Virus record (IMG/VR): IMGVR_UViG_3300012667_001007
Location: 1 to 45,301 of that record
From: a virus
Lineage: Duplodnaviria > Caudoviricetes
Length of the DNA stretch: 45,301 bases
Strand: one strand, 5' to 3'
In this document: positions 26,830 to 36,167 of the stretch, piece after piece
How the letters are laid out: every line of letters starts with the position of its first letter
Position numbering within the stretch: position 1 is the first letter of the stretch
Made by a program: the position numbers and the translations under genes
The notes under the pieces: model-generated
Told to the model about the DNA's origin: nothing
Databases searched by the model: none
What the model saw: only the letters and a program-made list of their open reading frames with translations

Positions 26830-27578
26830 TCTATTGCCTCGTCCATTACCTGTGCACTTGTAGGTTGCACATTCTTCGGTGCCACTCTTTCATTTAGAAT
26901 CTGAACAGGATTTGGCTTGCTGCCTTCGTTGATATCTCCTCCAAAGTCCTTTACTTCGTCTGCAGAGTGCATGCCTTGAAGGACGTCAGGAGCATACAAC
27001 CGACCAAAGAAAGCAGCTGACCTGTAGTTCAACATGAGCTCAGTCATCGTCTGCCATTTCGAATCAGGTTTGGTATACCACCCTTCTTTCACCGCCATTT
27101 CAACGCTGACAGCTGGTCCTTCTATTAATTTTTCGTTGACGTCATGAGCAAAAGCAACACATGAAAAATCCTGAATAGTGATTTGATTTTCCTTGCGTTG
27201 CTTCTGTCCGTTCACCCACGCAGTTTCTTGATATTTGACAACCTTCCCTCCTAAAGGTGTGGTGCGAAACTGCAGGGGCGTGAACCGTCCACAGCTATTG
27301 AGCGAAGCAATGATGAAGCTACTTGACCACGAAGGTTTTCCCTGAATGACGTGCAGGTTCTGCATCACCATCAATGGAGAAACGCCTGTTCTATATGCCA
27401 TCTCCAACGCTACGAGCGTGTTGCTGACGTTGTTCTGGTAATCCTTCGGCACCATGGTCGAAGTGCATAGTTGCTGAGCCATGCGTTGCGCAGCTTCGAA
27501 TGAGTGCACACTCGAATAGATGCTCGGTTGTGTTTGGTTTGGTTGGCTGTTTACAACAACCATTTCATTGTTTTCCAT
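26826..27578 (-). CDS. RecT-like single-strand annealing protein
   Basis: MVPKDYQ...SPLMVMQNLHVIQGKPSW...KWQTM.ELML.YR...APDVLQG; paired with the exonuclease. Confidence 0.75.
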   Translation of the reverse strand: MENNEMVVVNSQPNQTQPSIYSSVHSFEAAQRMAQQLCTSTMVPKDYQNNVSNTLVALEMAYRTGVSPLMVMQNLHVIQGKPSWSSSFIIASLNSCGRFTPLQFRTTPLGGKVVKYQETAWVNGQKQRKENQITIQDFSCVAFAHDVNEKLIEGPAVSVEMAVKEGWYTKPDSKWQTMTELMLNYRSAAFFGRLYAPDVLQGMHSADEVKDFGGDINEGSKPNPVQILNERVAPKNVQPTSAQVMDEAID

Positions 27579-27599
27579 GTTATATATTGGTTTAATCGG

Positions 27600-28388
27600 T
27601 TACATTTTTATCCAACCGGGTAGGTTGAGTGGTTTCGCTTGAACATCATATCCCGGCCATGTGTTGCTTTGCTTACATTCTAGGTATGTTCGGAGATCGT
27701 TCCTGTACAGATGCCGTCCGTACTGAAACATCTCGTCCGATGCGTAGAATACATTTACTAGGTACGGAGGAGACTTCTCAACGGCAACGAATATGAATCC
27801 ATTTGGAGTGATGTTATTTGCTATCGAGCCGTCAAGATACATTGGTGCTTGAACGTGATATCTGTACTTGAAGGACGAACCCTCAAACCCACGCTGTGAG
27901 GCGTCCTCTGTTGACTTCAAATCAACTATGAAATTGAAATCATAATCGTACCAATCTTGACGGCACTTGCACAGTGCACCTGTTTCAACGTCCTGCCATT
28001 TGAGCGTGCGCTCTGCGACACCATTCCTAAGCAACTGTGATGCAATAGGATGCTTCATTACAGCGTCACGCATTCGGCTGACCTTTTCGTACTGCTCCAT
28101 TGTGATGATGGATTTATCGGCGTGCTCGAGGTCGAACGCTTCGCCTTTGGCAACGCTCCCTGTGCCTGTGAATTTAGGCTTCACGATGAAGTGGTGCGCG
28201 AATTTCTGGAACTCCAACGTCAAAACGTGGAATGCGTTTCCCTCCACCAGGGCAGGTGTTTTCTTTTCGGGTGATCGCTCTGGATTCAAATAACGCTCGT
28301 AGTAGAATGCAGGTGCCTTAGCTATAAGGTCCAGTCCTGACTTCGATATTCTCGAGACGTCACTATGATACATGTCATTTACCTTCAT
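27600..28388 (-). CDS. RecE/exonuclease VIII-like PD-(D/E)XK nuclease (DUF3799-like)
   Basis: ISKSGLDLI, GNAFH, CKCRQD, IVDLKST, YHVQAPMY, FIFVAVEK; start moved to ATG 28388, downstream of the promoter. Confidence 0.88.
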   Translation of the reverse strand: MKVNDMYHSDVSRISKSGLDLIAKAPAFYYERYLNPERSPEKKTPALVEGNAFHVLTLEFQKFAHHFIVKPKFTGTGSVAKGEAFDLEHADKSIITMEQYEKVSRMRDAVMKHPIASQLLRNGVAERTLKWQDVETGALCKCRQDWYDYDFNFIVDLKSTEDASQRGFEGSSFKYRYHVQAPMYLDGSIANNITPNGFIFVAVEKSPPYLVNVFYASDEMFQYGRHLYRNDLRTYLECKQSNTWPGYDVQAKPLNLPGWIKM

Positions 28389-28415
28389 ATTGTAGTGTGT
28401 GTAAAAATATTTATG

Positions 28416-28453
28416 CAAATATAACTATATATCAAAAAAAAACAATATATTTG
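28416..28453. promoter_or_regulatory. Back-to-back divergent promoters
   Basis: TATATTTG on the minus strand (28423-28416) and the plus strand (28446-28453). Confidence 0.7.
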
Positions 28454-28474
28454 CAGAAAAAATAATTAGAAGTC

Positions 28475-28735
28475 ATGGAAACAACCGCCAATAAACAAGC
28501 AAATCACGAGAGTTCATCGGACGTCACGGAACGTACCGAAGAGCTACATAACGATACCTATAATTCACTAGTCGTAGGATGCGCTCATGCTGGAATCAGC
28601 ATAGCAAGGTTATGCCGAGAGGCTGACGTTGACCGCTCCGTACTAGTGCGTTGGAAGCGTGAAGAACCAAAGAGTATAAGAACATATCTGAAACTCAAAG
28701 AAACGCTTGAGCGTCTAAAAAGTAGTAACCAATAA
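28475..28735 (+). CDS. Cro/XRE-like HTH regulator
   Basis: GISIARLCREADVDRSVLVRWK; first gene after the divergent promoter. Confidence 0.7.
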   Translation: METTANKQANHESSSDVTERTEELHNDTYNSLVVGCAHAGISIARLCREADVDRSVLVRWKREEPKSIRTYLKLKETLERLKSSNQ

Positions 28736-28748
28736 ACACACACATATC

Positions 28749-29285
28749 ATGAAAAAAACCGTGATCATCGGTAACCTAGGGCAGGATGCTCAGGTTAAAA
28801 CAACACAACAGGGACAACAGTTCCTAGGGTTTACAGTAGCCGTTTCCGAAAAGCGAAACGGACAGGAATCAACAACGTGGTTCAGTTGCTCTGCATGGGG
28901 AGAGCGTTTTGTAACAGGACCAGTAGGGCAGTATCTTAAAAAGGGAACGAAGGTTTACCTTGAAGGCAACTACAACCCTTCACTGTTCAATGCACAGGAC
29001 GGTTCTGTTCAAATCAGTCACAACTTCATGGTGAACCAACTTGAGCTGCTAGGTGGTGCACCGCAGCAAGCAGAACCAATTGCTCAGACCATGGGTCACC
29101 CTATGGCACAACCTATGGCTGCAATTCCGAACCAAGCGGTTCGAACGCCAGAACTTGTCAGTGCGTCTCAGAAAATTGCAGCTGCGAATGTATCCATGAA
29201 TGGTCAGTTTGCCGTACCGGCACAGCAACCTTTGTATAGCGCGCCAGGTTCAGGACATACGGACGACCAAGACTTACCGTTCTAA
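28749..29285 (+). CDS. ssb: Single-stranded DNA-binding protein
   Basis: IIGNLGQDA...TTWF...YLKKGTKVYLEG; acidic DDQDLPF tail. Confidence 0.95.
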   Translation: MKKTVIIGNLGQDAQVKTTQQGQQFLGFTVAVSEKRNGQESTTWFSCSAWGERFVTGPVGQYLKKGTKVYLEGNYNPSLFNAQDGSVQISHNFMVNQLELLGGAPQQAEPIAQTMGHPMAQPMAAIPNQAVRTPELVSASQKIAAANVSMNGQFAVPAQQPLYSAPGSGHTDDQDLPF

Positions 29286-29288
29286 GCA

Positions 29289-29579
29289 ATGAAACGCATC
29301 TACATTTCAGGCGCGATAACGTCGGACATATTTAACGCACCTCGCAAGTTCTGCGAAATGGAGCGTTACTTGAAGCGTGAATTCGGGTGCGAAGTAATCA
29401 ATCCTATGAAGCTCCCTCACAAAGAGGGGGCAACTTGGGAGGAATACATGGTTGTTGACCTCGAGGCACTACGCACGTGCGACACAATCTATATGCTTAA
29501 ATGCTGGAAAGATTCAAGGGGCGCAAGACTTGAACACGCAGAGGCAGAACACCATAAGCTGAATATAATCTATCAATAA
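29289..29579 (+). CDS. DUF4406-like (nucleoside deoxyribosyltransferase fold) protein
   Basis: RIYISGAIT...VINP...WEEYM...CDTIYML..WKDSRGARLE. Confidence 0.85.
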   Translation: MKRIYISGAITSDIFNAPRKFCEMERYLKREFGCEVINPMKLPHKEGATWEEYMVVDLEALRTCDTIYMLKCWKDSRGARLEHAEAEHHKLNIIYQ

Positions 29580-29595
29580 TTAGAACCATACACAC

Positions 29596-30987
29596 ATGTT
29601 CGCATTAAGACCATACCAAGAACTCGGAGTTCAAGGTATCAGAGAATCGTATATCAAAGGGAGCAAAGCACCGCTATTCGTACTACCTACAGGAGGCGGC
29701 AAAACCGTAGTGTTCTGCTACGTCGCAGCAACCTCATCCGCTCGAGGGAAGCGTGTCCTTATTCTGGTGCATCGAGTAGAACTACTTAGACAGACATCCG
29801 CAAAACTACGTGAGGCAGGTGTCCACCATGGACTCATCTCACCGAAGTACACTCCAGACAAAAGTGCACCCGTTCAGGTGGCGAGCGTTCAAACACTCAT
29901 CAAACGCCTGGATAAAATCATACCCCCTGACCTCATCATTATCGATGAAGCACATCACGCCATTGCAGGATCATGGAGAACAATCGTTCAGTCGTTCCCA
30001 AACGCCAAAGTTCTAGGGGTGACGGCTACACCTTGCAGGGGTGACGGAACAGGACTCGGACAGTCCGCAGGTGGTGTGTTTGACGATCTCGTTATGGGAC
30101 CGCAAATCTACGACCTAATCGACATGAACTTTCTGGTGAAGCCTATCATATATGCACCTCGTGAAAAACTTGACCTGTCACAGGTGCGAACGATTCGGGG
30201 AGACTACGACGCCAAGCAGGTGAGCGATATTGTGGACAAGCCGACAATTACAGGGGATGCCGTCAAACACTACATGCGCATCTGCCCTGGTGCTCCTGCC
30301 GTCGTGTTCTGCGTATCGGTGAATCATGCTCAGCACGTTGCTGAGGAGTTCAGACGTGCAGGCTATCGAGCGTACCATGCAGACGGAACATTGGATGACG
30401 ACGTTCGAGCTCGCATCCTAAACGGACTAGGGAACGGAACAGTGGACGTGGTGACGTCGTGTGACCTCATCTCTGAGGGAACGGATATCCCTGCCATTGG
30501 GTGCGCTATCCTGCTCCGTCCGACACAGTCGCTAGGTTTGTATATCCAACAGGTGGGAAGAGCTCTCAGAACGGCTGACGGAAAGCAGAACGCTTACATT
30601 CTGGATCACGTGGGAAATGTCCTAACGCATGGACTACCAGAGGAACACCGTGAGTGGTCGCTGGATGGAGAGGCGCGCAAGAAGAAGAAGAAAAGGGATG
30701 AAGAGCCGACCGTTCGTGTGGACCAATGCGAGAGATGTTACTCGATATACGCACCTAGTCCTGTGTGTCCTGTCTGTGGACACGCCAAGAAGGTGAAGAG
30801 CGACATTCCTACCGCCATTGATGGTGAGTTGGTTCAGTTGACGGCTGAGCAAATGAAACGAAACAAGGTCGTTGAGGTGGCAAAAGCAAGGACATTGGAG
30901 GAATTGGAGCGCATCCAACAGGAGCGTGGATACAAGGCTGGATGGGCGAAACACCTATACAACAGTAGAAAATCGAAAATAAATTGA
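29596..30987 (+). CDS. SF2 DEAD/DEAH helicase with C-terminal zinc finger
   Basis: LRPYQ, PTGGGKT, DEAHH, TATP, QQVGRALR, CERC/CPVC. Confidence 0.95.
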   Translation: MFALRPYQELGVQGIRESYIKGSKAPLFVLPTGGGKTVVFCYVAATSSARGKRVLILVHRVELLRQTSAKLREAGVHHGLISPKYTPDKSAPVQVASVQTLIKRLDKIIPPDLIIIDEAHHAIAGSWRTIVQSFPNAKVLGVTATPCRGDGTGLGQSAGGVFDDLVMGPQIYDLIDMNFLVKPIIYAPREKLDLSQVRTIRGDYDAKQVSDIVDKPTITGDAVKHYMRICPGAPAVVFCVSVNHAQHVAEEFRRAGYRAYHADGTLDDDVRARILNGLGNGTVDVVTSCDLISEGTDIPAIGCAILLRPTQSLGLYIQQVGRALRTADGKQNAYILDHVGNVLTHGLPEEHREWSLDGEARKKKKKRDEEPTVRVDQCERCYSIYAPSPVCPVCGHAKKVKSDIPTAIDGELVQLTAEQMKRNKVVEVAKARTLEELERIQQERGYKAGWAKHLYNSRKSKIN

Positions 30988-31000
30988 AAAAAAATGTGTG

Positions 31001-31037
31001 TATATTTGCATATATGAATTTTTATTCCATATATTTG
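31001..31037 (+). promoter_or_regulatory. Tandem TATATTTG elements upstream of the small-gene/ncRNA unit
   Basis: TATATTTGCA at 31001 and 31030. Confidence 0.65.
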
Positions 31038-31059
31038 CAAACACACAAACGGAGAAATC

Positions 31060-31293
31060 ATGAGAATACTATCTAACGCAGGGCGAATTGTCGCCATCAA
31101 TCATTCAGGAAAGTGGGAGGCACTTGAAGGAGTTTCCAAGGAAGAGCTTGGGGATGCTTTCCATAACGGCACTACTGAAACAGTATTAGGAGAGCGAGAA
31201 ATCAGCAAGTACGACATTATCGACTTCTCAATGACGGTCGGCATCTGCTTGACGGTTCTTATTCTGGCAACCGTTATCCTGAGCGTATGCTAA
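31060..31293 (+). CDS. Small protein with C-terminal transmembrane segment
   Basis: ATG downstream of the promoter; hydrophobic C-terminus. Confidence 0.6.
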   Translation: MRILSNAGRIVAINHSGKWEALEGVSKEELGDAFHNGTTETVLGEREISKYDIIDFSMTVGICLTVLILATVILSVC

Positions 31294-31382
31294 TTACAAA
31301 AAAGAACTGAGGCTCGGCAGCTTACCCCCTTGTTCACTTTCAAAATCTGGGAAATATGAATAATGCACGCAAGGGGGTTTAT

Positions 31383-31450
31383 AGTCAGGTGGCGGAATGG
31401 TGCCTATATGCGGAGCGTGCTATAAACAGGTTCGAATCCTGTCCTGACTA
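31383..31450 (+). ncRNA. tRNA-like RNA 1 (perfect acceptor and T arms, degenerate D/anticodon region)
   Basis: AGTCAGG/CCTGACT, TGGCGGAATGGT, ACAGG-TTCGAAT-CCTGT. Confidence 0.8.
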
Positions 31451-31517
31451 CAAAGGTATAGGCGCAATAACTTCCAGTTTCTAATAGAACGCTGACAGCT
31501 TGGAAAGACAAGCAGCA

Positions 31518-31603
31518 TACGCTGAGAAGGTAACTGGGTTGCCCGAGTGGACGGTACATCCACAGTATTAAAATGAAGGACGTTCGAATCGTCAGCAGCG
31601 TGC
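31518..31603 (+). ncRNA. tRNA-like RNA 2 (degenerate cloverleaf with GTA at the anticodon position)
   Basis: TACGCTG/CAGCGTG; GGTAAC/GTTGCC; GTGGA-CGGTACA-TCCAC; 14-nt variable region; GACG-TTCGAAT-CGTC. Confidence 0.65.
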
Positions 31604-31624
31604 AAATATTTAAAGAAAGCAACT

Positions 31625-31753
31625 ATGAAAAAGTCTACAGCAATTATTATGAACGCAGCAATCAGCGTTATTGGATTCACAACAGGAATCTACATCATGT
31701 TTGGAGGTGCAATTCTATGTCTAGGGTTGATACTACTATCAAAATCCAAGTAG
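31625..31753 (+). CDS. 42-aa membrane protein, below the ORF-track cutoff
   Basis: MKKSTAIIMNAAISVIGFTTGIYIMFGGAILCLGLILLSKSK*; stop lies 1 nt before the next ATG. Confidence 0.65.
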   Translation: MKKSTAIIMNAAISVIGFTTGIYIMFGGAILCLGLILLSKSK

Positions 31754-31754
31754 C

Positions 31755-31994
31755 ATGCAGACATCAACAGTTACAATAGGCAGAGGGTTGTGCCTTACTC
31801 CTGTTACAGTGGTCCACAATCTAGAGGAGTTTGGAGCGGACATTCAAAAGGCGGCATACGCCTGGTATCCACGTAGACATAATACAACCGTTGAGATGTT
31901 TTGCAGGTATATCCGTCAACGCGACGTTAAATTCATCTGCATTCCTTTGACGGAGGCAGTAAAAATCAGTAATCACTTAAAATCAGTTATATGA
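31755..31994 (+). CDS. Hypothetical protein
   Basis: Tightly packed; ATGA overlap with the next gene. Confidence 0.55.
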   Translation: MQTSTVTIGRGLCLTPVTVVHNLEEFGADIQKAAYAWYPRRHNTTVEMFCRYIRQRDVKFICIPLTEAVKISNHLKSVI

Positions 31995-32257
31995 ACACAC
32001 CGTATGTAAAACAGTACAACGAGCTCGGGGAGCTTATCAATCGAATTGAGGGAAACTTACGTCACAGATTTCCGAATAGACGTGCACGCAAAAAGAGACC
32101 AGAGAGAGCATTTAACAACGCCAAGTCATTTCCTTTGGTTGTTATTTCAAATCAAAAGTTCCGAAAACGCTATCAGTTTATTGAGGCAAAATTTGATTGG
32201 GATAAAGAAGAGCTTATACCAGCCAAACGCATCTTACACTACGACGAAAAATACTAA
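31991..32257 (+). CDS. Hypothetical basic protein
   Basis: ATGA coupling; NRRARKKR basic patch. Confidence 0.6.
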   Translation: MNTPYVKQYNELGELINRIEGNLRHRFPNRRARKKRPERAFNNAKSFPLVVISNQKFRKRYQFIEAKFDWDKEELIPAKRILHYDEKY

Positions 32258-32267
32258 TCAAAGCAGT

Positions 32268-32846
32268 ATGTATCTATTTTTTGACACGGAGACAAACGGT
32301 CTACCAAGAAACATGGCAGGGAATGTCAGAGATCTTGACAATTGGCCTAGAGTTATTCAACTTGCATATATTCTACTTGATGAGAATATGCAGGAAGTGG
32401 AGACGTTCTGCGAGCTAATCAAGCCTGACGGATGGATTATCCCAAATGAAAAGTTCTGGATTGACAATGGTTATTCTACTGAGCAGAACGATGAAAAAGG
32501 GGTGTACGCTTCATTTGCGCTGCAACATTTTGCAAATGCAATAGACAGATGCCACACGATGGTTGCTCACAACATATCGTTTGATACTCCTGTGCTAAGT
32601 GCAGAAATGATTCGATATGGCGTTAGAGCAATCAACAAGCCGCCAAACCGAATATGCACAATGAAGGAGACAACTCAATACGTTGGAGCTCGTAATGTAA
32701 GAGGAGGCATAAAATGGCCGAAACTTACAGAGCTTCATGAGAAACTTTTCGGAGTAGGTTTTGAAGGTGCACACGACGCATTAGAAGATGTTCGGGCAAC
32801 CGTCCGATGTTTCATTGAACTTAAAAACCGCGCGGTTATCTACTAA
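32268..32846 (+). CDS. DEDDh 3'-5' exonuclease (DnaQ-like)
   Basis: FFDTETNG, VAHNISFD, ICTM, AHDALEDV; start at ATG 32268. Confidence 0.93.
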   Translation: MYLFFDTETNGLPRNMAGNVRDLDNWPRVIQLAYILLDENMQEVETFCELIKPDGWIIPNEKFWIDNGYSTEQNDEKGVYASFALQHFANAIDRCHTMVAHNISFDTPVLSAEMIRYGVRAINKPPNRICTMKETTQYVGARNVRGGIKWPKLTELHEKLFGVGFEGAHDALEDVRATVRCFIELKNRAVIY

Positions 32847-32886
32847 TCGAAATTATTTTGTACCTTTCCCGTCCATTTTTACGCAC

Positions 32887-33297
32887 ATGTTTGAAACAAA
32901 CCTTCAAAAACTAATCATGCTCGGAGTATCGCAGCTCCGAACAACTACCGTGTTCCGAAATAACGTCGGCATGGGATGGATAGGAAAATCAAAACGAATC
33001 ACAACACCAACCAACGCCAAGCTAATGCCAGGCGACGTGGTGATACAGAACGGCAGACCCCTGCATGCAGGATTGTGTGAGGGGTCGTCTGACGTCATAG
33101 GATGGACAGAAAAAACAATCACGCCTGACATGGTAGGGAAGAAAGTCGCAGTCTTCACTGCCCTAGAAGTGAAAACAGAATCAGGTCGAGCCTCATCCGC
33201 ACAGCTCAATTTTATATCGAGGGTGCGACAGGCTGGAGGAATCGCAGGGATAGCTCGGAGTCCCGAAGAAGCACGGAATCTCATTGAGAATCTGTAA
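32887..33297 (+). CDS. VRR-NUC domain nuclease
   Basis: FRNNVG...GSSDVIG...ALEVK...GR.S..QLNF...GGIAGIARS. Confidence 0.9.
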   Translation: MFETNLQKLIMLGVSQLRTTTVFRNNVGMGWIGKSKRITTPTNAKLMPGDVVIQNGRPLHAGLCEGSSDVIGWTEKTITPDMVGKKVAVFTALEVKTESGRASSAQLNFISRVRQAGGIAGIARSPEEARNLIENL

Positions 33298-33329
33298 GAC
33301 GAGCACAACACACACACTAAAATAAAAAA

Positions 33330-36020
33330 ATGAAAATCGACTCGCAATCAATTTTGAATCAGCACGATATTGTTACAGTAATTTCGAAGCACATTCACCT
33401 CGAGAAACGTGGCTCAGAATACTACGGCAAATGTCCGTTTCATGACGATCATAAATCGTCTCTTCAGGTGAATCCAACCAAACAGATATACAAGTGCTTT
33501 CCATGTGGCGCAGGTGGTGACGCAATAGATTTCTTGACCCGAAGCGGTTTTACATTTCATGAAGCCGTTGACGAGATACAAGGATTAGGACCAACACCTA
33601 GCGCAGAGCTTGAACAGCGCACAGCGCAGCAATCAAAGCAATCAACATGGAAGCAAATCAAACCAACAGGAGGCGTGTCTCACGCGATTTCTCATCCACG
33701 ACACGGAATACCATCCAAGACATGGACGTATCACGACGCAGACGGAACACCTATTGGTTACGTGTGTCGCTTCGATACTCCAGAAGGCAAGGAGGTAATG
33801 CCGTATGTCTACGCTACGGACGGACACCGTTCCGAGTGGCTTTGGCTTGGGTTTGAGAAACCGAGACCACTCTACAATTTGCACCTTCTCGCTCAGCATC
33901 CAAACGCTCTCGTTGTTCTGGTTGAAGGCGAGAAAACAGCCGATGCAGTTCAGCAGCATTTTGACCCTTCTGAGATCATTGCAACCAGCTGGATAGGTGG
34001 AGCGAACGGAATAGGGAACGCAGACTTCACTCCGATTGTAGGCAGAGACGTCAACCTATGGGCCGATAATGACGAGCCTGGTCGCAAGGCAATGCTGGAT
34101 ATTTCTAAGCAGCTGAAAGGGGGCGTTCGTTGGATTGATGTTCCGAAAACGTACCCCGAAAAGTGGGATGCTGCCGACAAGGAATGGACCAAAGCCGAAC
34201 TGTTGGATTTCATTCAGGAAAATACCGACGTACCGAAGGCAAAGCCGAAAGCACAGCCGAAGCCAGCACCAAAGAATCCACCGTTGCCACCAGTTGTCAA
34301 AGAGGTGGAACTGTACACCAACAATCTACATTACCGAATGCTCGGATATGATAAGGATGAGAACAGCAGATTGGTGTACTACTTCTTTTCGTTTGATGCC
34401 AAAGCCGTTATAAAACTATCCCCTTCATCTATCAATAAAGCCAACCTCATGATGCTTGCACCGCTGAACTTTTGGGAACACGAGTTCCCTGGCGGTGGAA
34501 AATCAAAGTTTGACGTGGACGGAGCGACACAGTTTCTCATTGCCAACAGCCACAAGGTAGGAACGTTCAAGGACAAGTTCATTCGTGGTCGTGGCGCATG
34601 GGTAGATGATGCGAAAATTATCGTCCACACAGGCGACATGCTCATCGTGAACAAACAAGCCGTTCCGCTGAGCTCCATGAAGTCACGATACGTCTACGAG
34701 ATAGGGGAACGCCTTGGATATGGCACGGCTCAGCCACTTCGTAGCATCGATTCATCCAAGCTCATCGACAAAGCCAAATGGCTACTATGGGACAGAGAGA
34801 TAAATGCGTACCTCCTTGCAGGTTGGTGCGTGATTGCTCCGTTTTGTGGAGTGCTCCAATGGAGACCGCACATCTGGGTAACCGGTCCTGCAGGTTCTGG
34901 TAAGTCGTGGGTGATGGACAATTTCGTGAAGCGCCTTCTTGGCGATACAGGAATCGTCGTTCAGGGGAAAACCACAGAGGCAGGGGTTCGAGGGTTGCTG
35001 CAGAACGACGCTCGAGCGGTTCTGTTCGATGAGTCCGACGTGGACAGCCACAACGATAAGGAGCGTGTGCAGAACATTCTCTCGTTGGCTCGTTCCGCTT
35101 CCTATCATGACGGTGGAGTCATTGGGAAAGGGACACAGTCGGGAGCGTCACGCACCTATACGATGAGGTCGTGTTTCGCCTTCTCATCCATCGGTGTGCA
35201 CGTCAACCAGCAGTCCGACCGCTCGAGGTTCACCACGCTTGGACTTCAATCCTTTGAAGGCAAACGAGCGAAAGAGGACTTCATGGAGTTTGAGCACGAT
35301 TGGAACATGACCGTAACCGATGAGTTTGTGAGTGCTCTGCAGTCGCGAACGCTGGAGTACCTACCCACGATATTGAAGAACGCTCGCGTGTTCGCTGACG
35401 CCGTTGCAGCCGTGATTGGTCAACGTCGTATCGGTGACCAGGTGGGTGCGATGTTGGCAGGTGCATACTCGCTGACGTCCACAAAGGAAATCAGTTACGA
35501 GGATGCCGTCAAATGGGTACAGGACAGAGATTGGACGGAGGAGAGAGGTCTGGAGCTGACCAAGGATGAGTACCAGCTATTCGGGAAAATCATTGGGTTC
35601 GTGACCAACCTCGAGACGGAGCACGGACGCATCGAGCGTTCCATTGGTGAGATCATTCTCGTAGCCATTGGCAAGCGTGCCGAGTTTGGCGTGTCTCCAG
35701 ACACAGCTCACAGCCGTCTGCGTCGAATGGGTATCATGGTCAAGGACGACCGCATTTTGATTGCCAACCAATCGGACGGCATCGGTGCGATAATCAAAGA
35801 GACGGCATGGTCCAAGAACTACAACCGAATTTTGGAGAGGTTGCCGAGCGCGGAGAGGGTTGAACCTAGGACCTATTTCCCTGGCATGAAGTCGAGGGGT
35901 GTCTCGTTGCCGTTGTCGATGTTGACGGATTCATTAGATGAGTTCAAGGATGACCCTAGAGTAGGAATGACAAACGCATGGAACACTCACGTCCTATCGG
36001 ACGATGAGATGCCATTCTAA
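33330..36020 (+). CDS. Primase-helicase (CHC2 zinc finger, TOPRIM, P-loop ATPase)
   Basis: CPFHDD...CFPC; VEGEKTAD, WADNDEPG, WDAAD; GPAGSGKS and LFDE. Confidence 0.93.
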   Translation: MKIDSQSILNQHDIVTVISKHIHLEKRGSEYYGKCPFHDDHKSSLQVNPTKQIYKCFPCGAGGDAIDFLTRSGFTFHEAVDEIQGLGPTPSAELEQRTAQQSKQSTWKQIKPTGGVSHAISHPRHGIPSKTWTYHDADGTPIGYVCRFDTPEGKEVMPYVYATDGHRSEWLWLGFEKPRPLYNLHLLAQHPNALVVLVEGEKTADAVQQHFDPSEIIATSWIGGANGIGNADFTPIVGRDVNLWADNDEPGRKAMLDISKQLKGGVRWIDVPKTYPEKWDAADKEWTKAELLDFIQENTDVPKAKPKAQPKPAPKNPPLPPVVKEVELYTNNLHYRMLGYDKDENSRLVYYFFSFDAKAVIKLSPSSINKANLMMLAPLNFWEHEFPGGGKSKFDVDGATQFLIANSHKVGTFKDKFIRGRGAWVDDAKIIVHTGDMLIVNKQAVPLSSMKSRYVYEIGERLGYGTAQPLRSIDSSKLIDKAKWLLWDREINAYLLAGWCVIAPFCGVLQWRPHIWVTGPAGSGKSWVMDNFVKRLLGDTGIVVQGKTTEAGVRGLLQNDARAVLFDESDVDSHNDKERVQNILSLARSASYHDGGVIGKGTQSGASRTYTMRSCFAFSSIGVHVNQQSDRSRFTTLGLQSFEGKRAKEDFMEFEHDWNMTVTDEFVSALQSRTLEYLPTILKNARVFADAVAAVIGQRRIGDQVGAMLAGAYSLTSTKEISYEDAVKWVQDRDWTEERGLELTKDEYQLFGKIIGFVTNLETEHGRIERSIGEIILVAIGKRAEFGVSPDTAHSRLRRMGIMVKDDRILIANQSDGIGAIIKETAWSKNYNRILERLPSAERVEPRTYFPGMKSRGVSLPLSMLTDSLDEFKDDPRVGMTNAWNTHVLSDDEMPF

Positions 36021-36101
36021 AATATTCCAGGCTGATGCGACAGTTTGGAAGTCCCGAATATTGAGCGTATATTTACGCTCTAGTTTATTCGGAGTGTGTG
36101 G

Positions 36102-36136
36102 AAAGCCGTCATTTGAAAAAGTGACGGTTTTTTTTT
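36102..36136 (+). terminator. Terminator after the replication operon
   Basis: GCCGTCATTT / AAGTGACGGT stem plus T run. Confidence 0.8.
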
Positions 36137-36167
36137 GCATAGATATTGCAGATATAAAAAATATATG

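Noticed and set aside
31518-31603. tmRNA or a functional tRNA-Tyr
   Set aside because: No tag reading frame or tmRNA-type ends; G33, C37, an aberrant D arm and mismatches at the acceptor/T junction argue against normal decoding
31404-31779. ORFs 31404-31622(-), 31420-31680(-) and 31573-31779(+)
   Set aside because: They overlap the tRNA-like structures and the better-coupled 42-aa ORF at 31625-31753
32046-32267. Long N-terminal extensions of the exonuclease (also VRR-NUC from 32788, RadC from 36173, RecE-like from 28418)
   Set aside because: They begin at TTG/GTG-type codons inside upstream genes or promoter motifs; family motifs start at downstream ATGs
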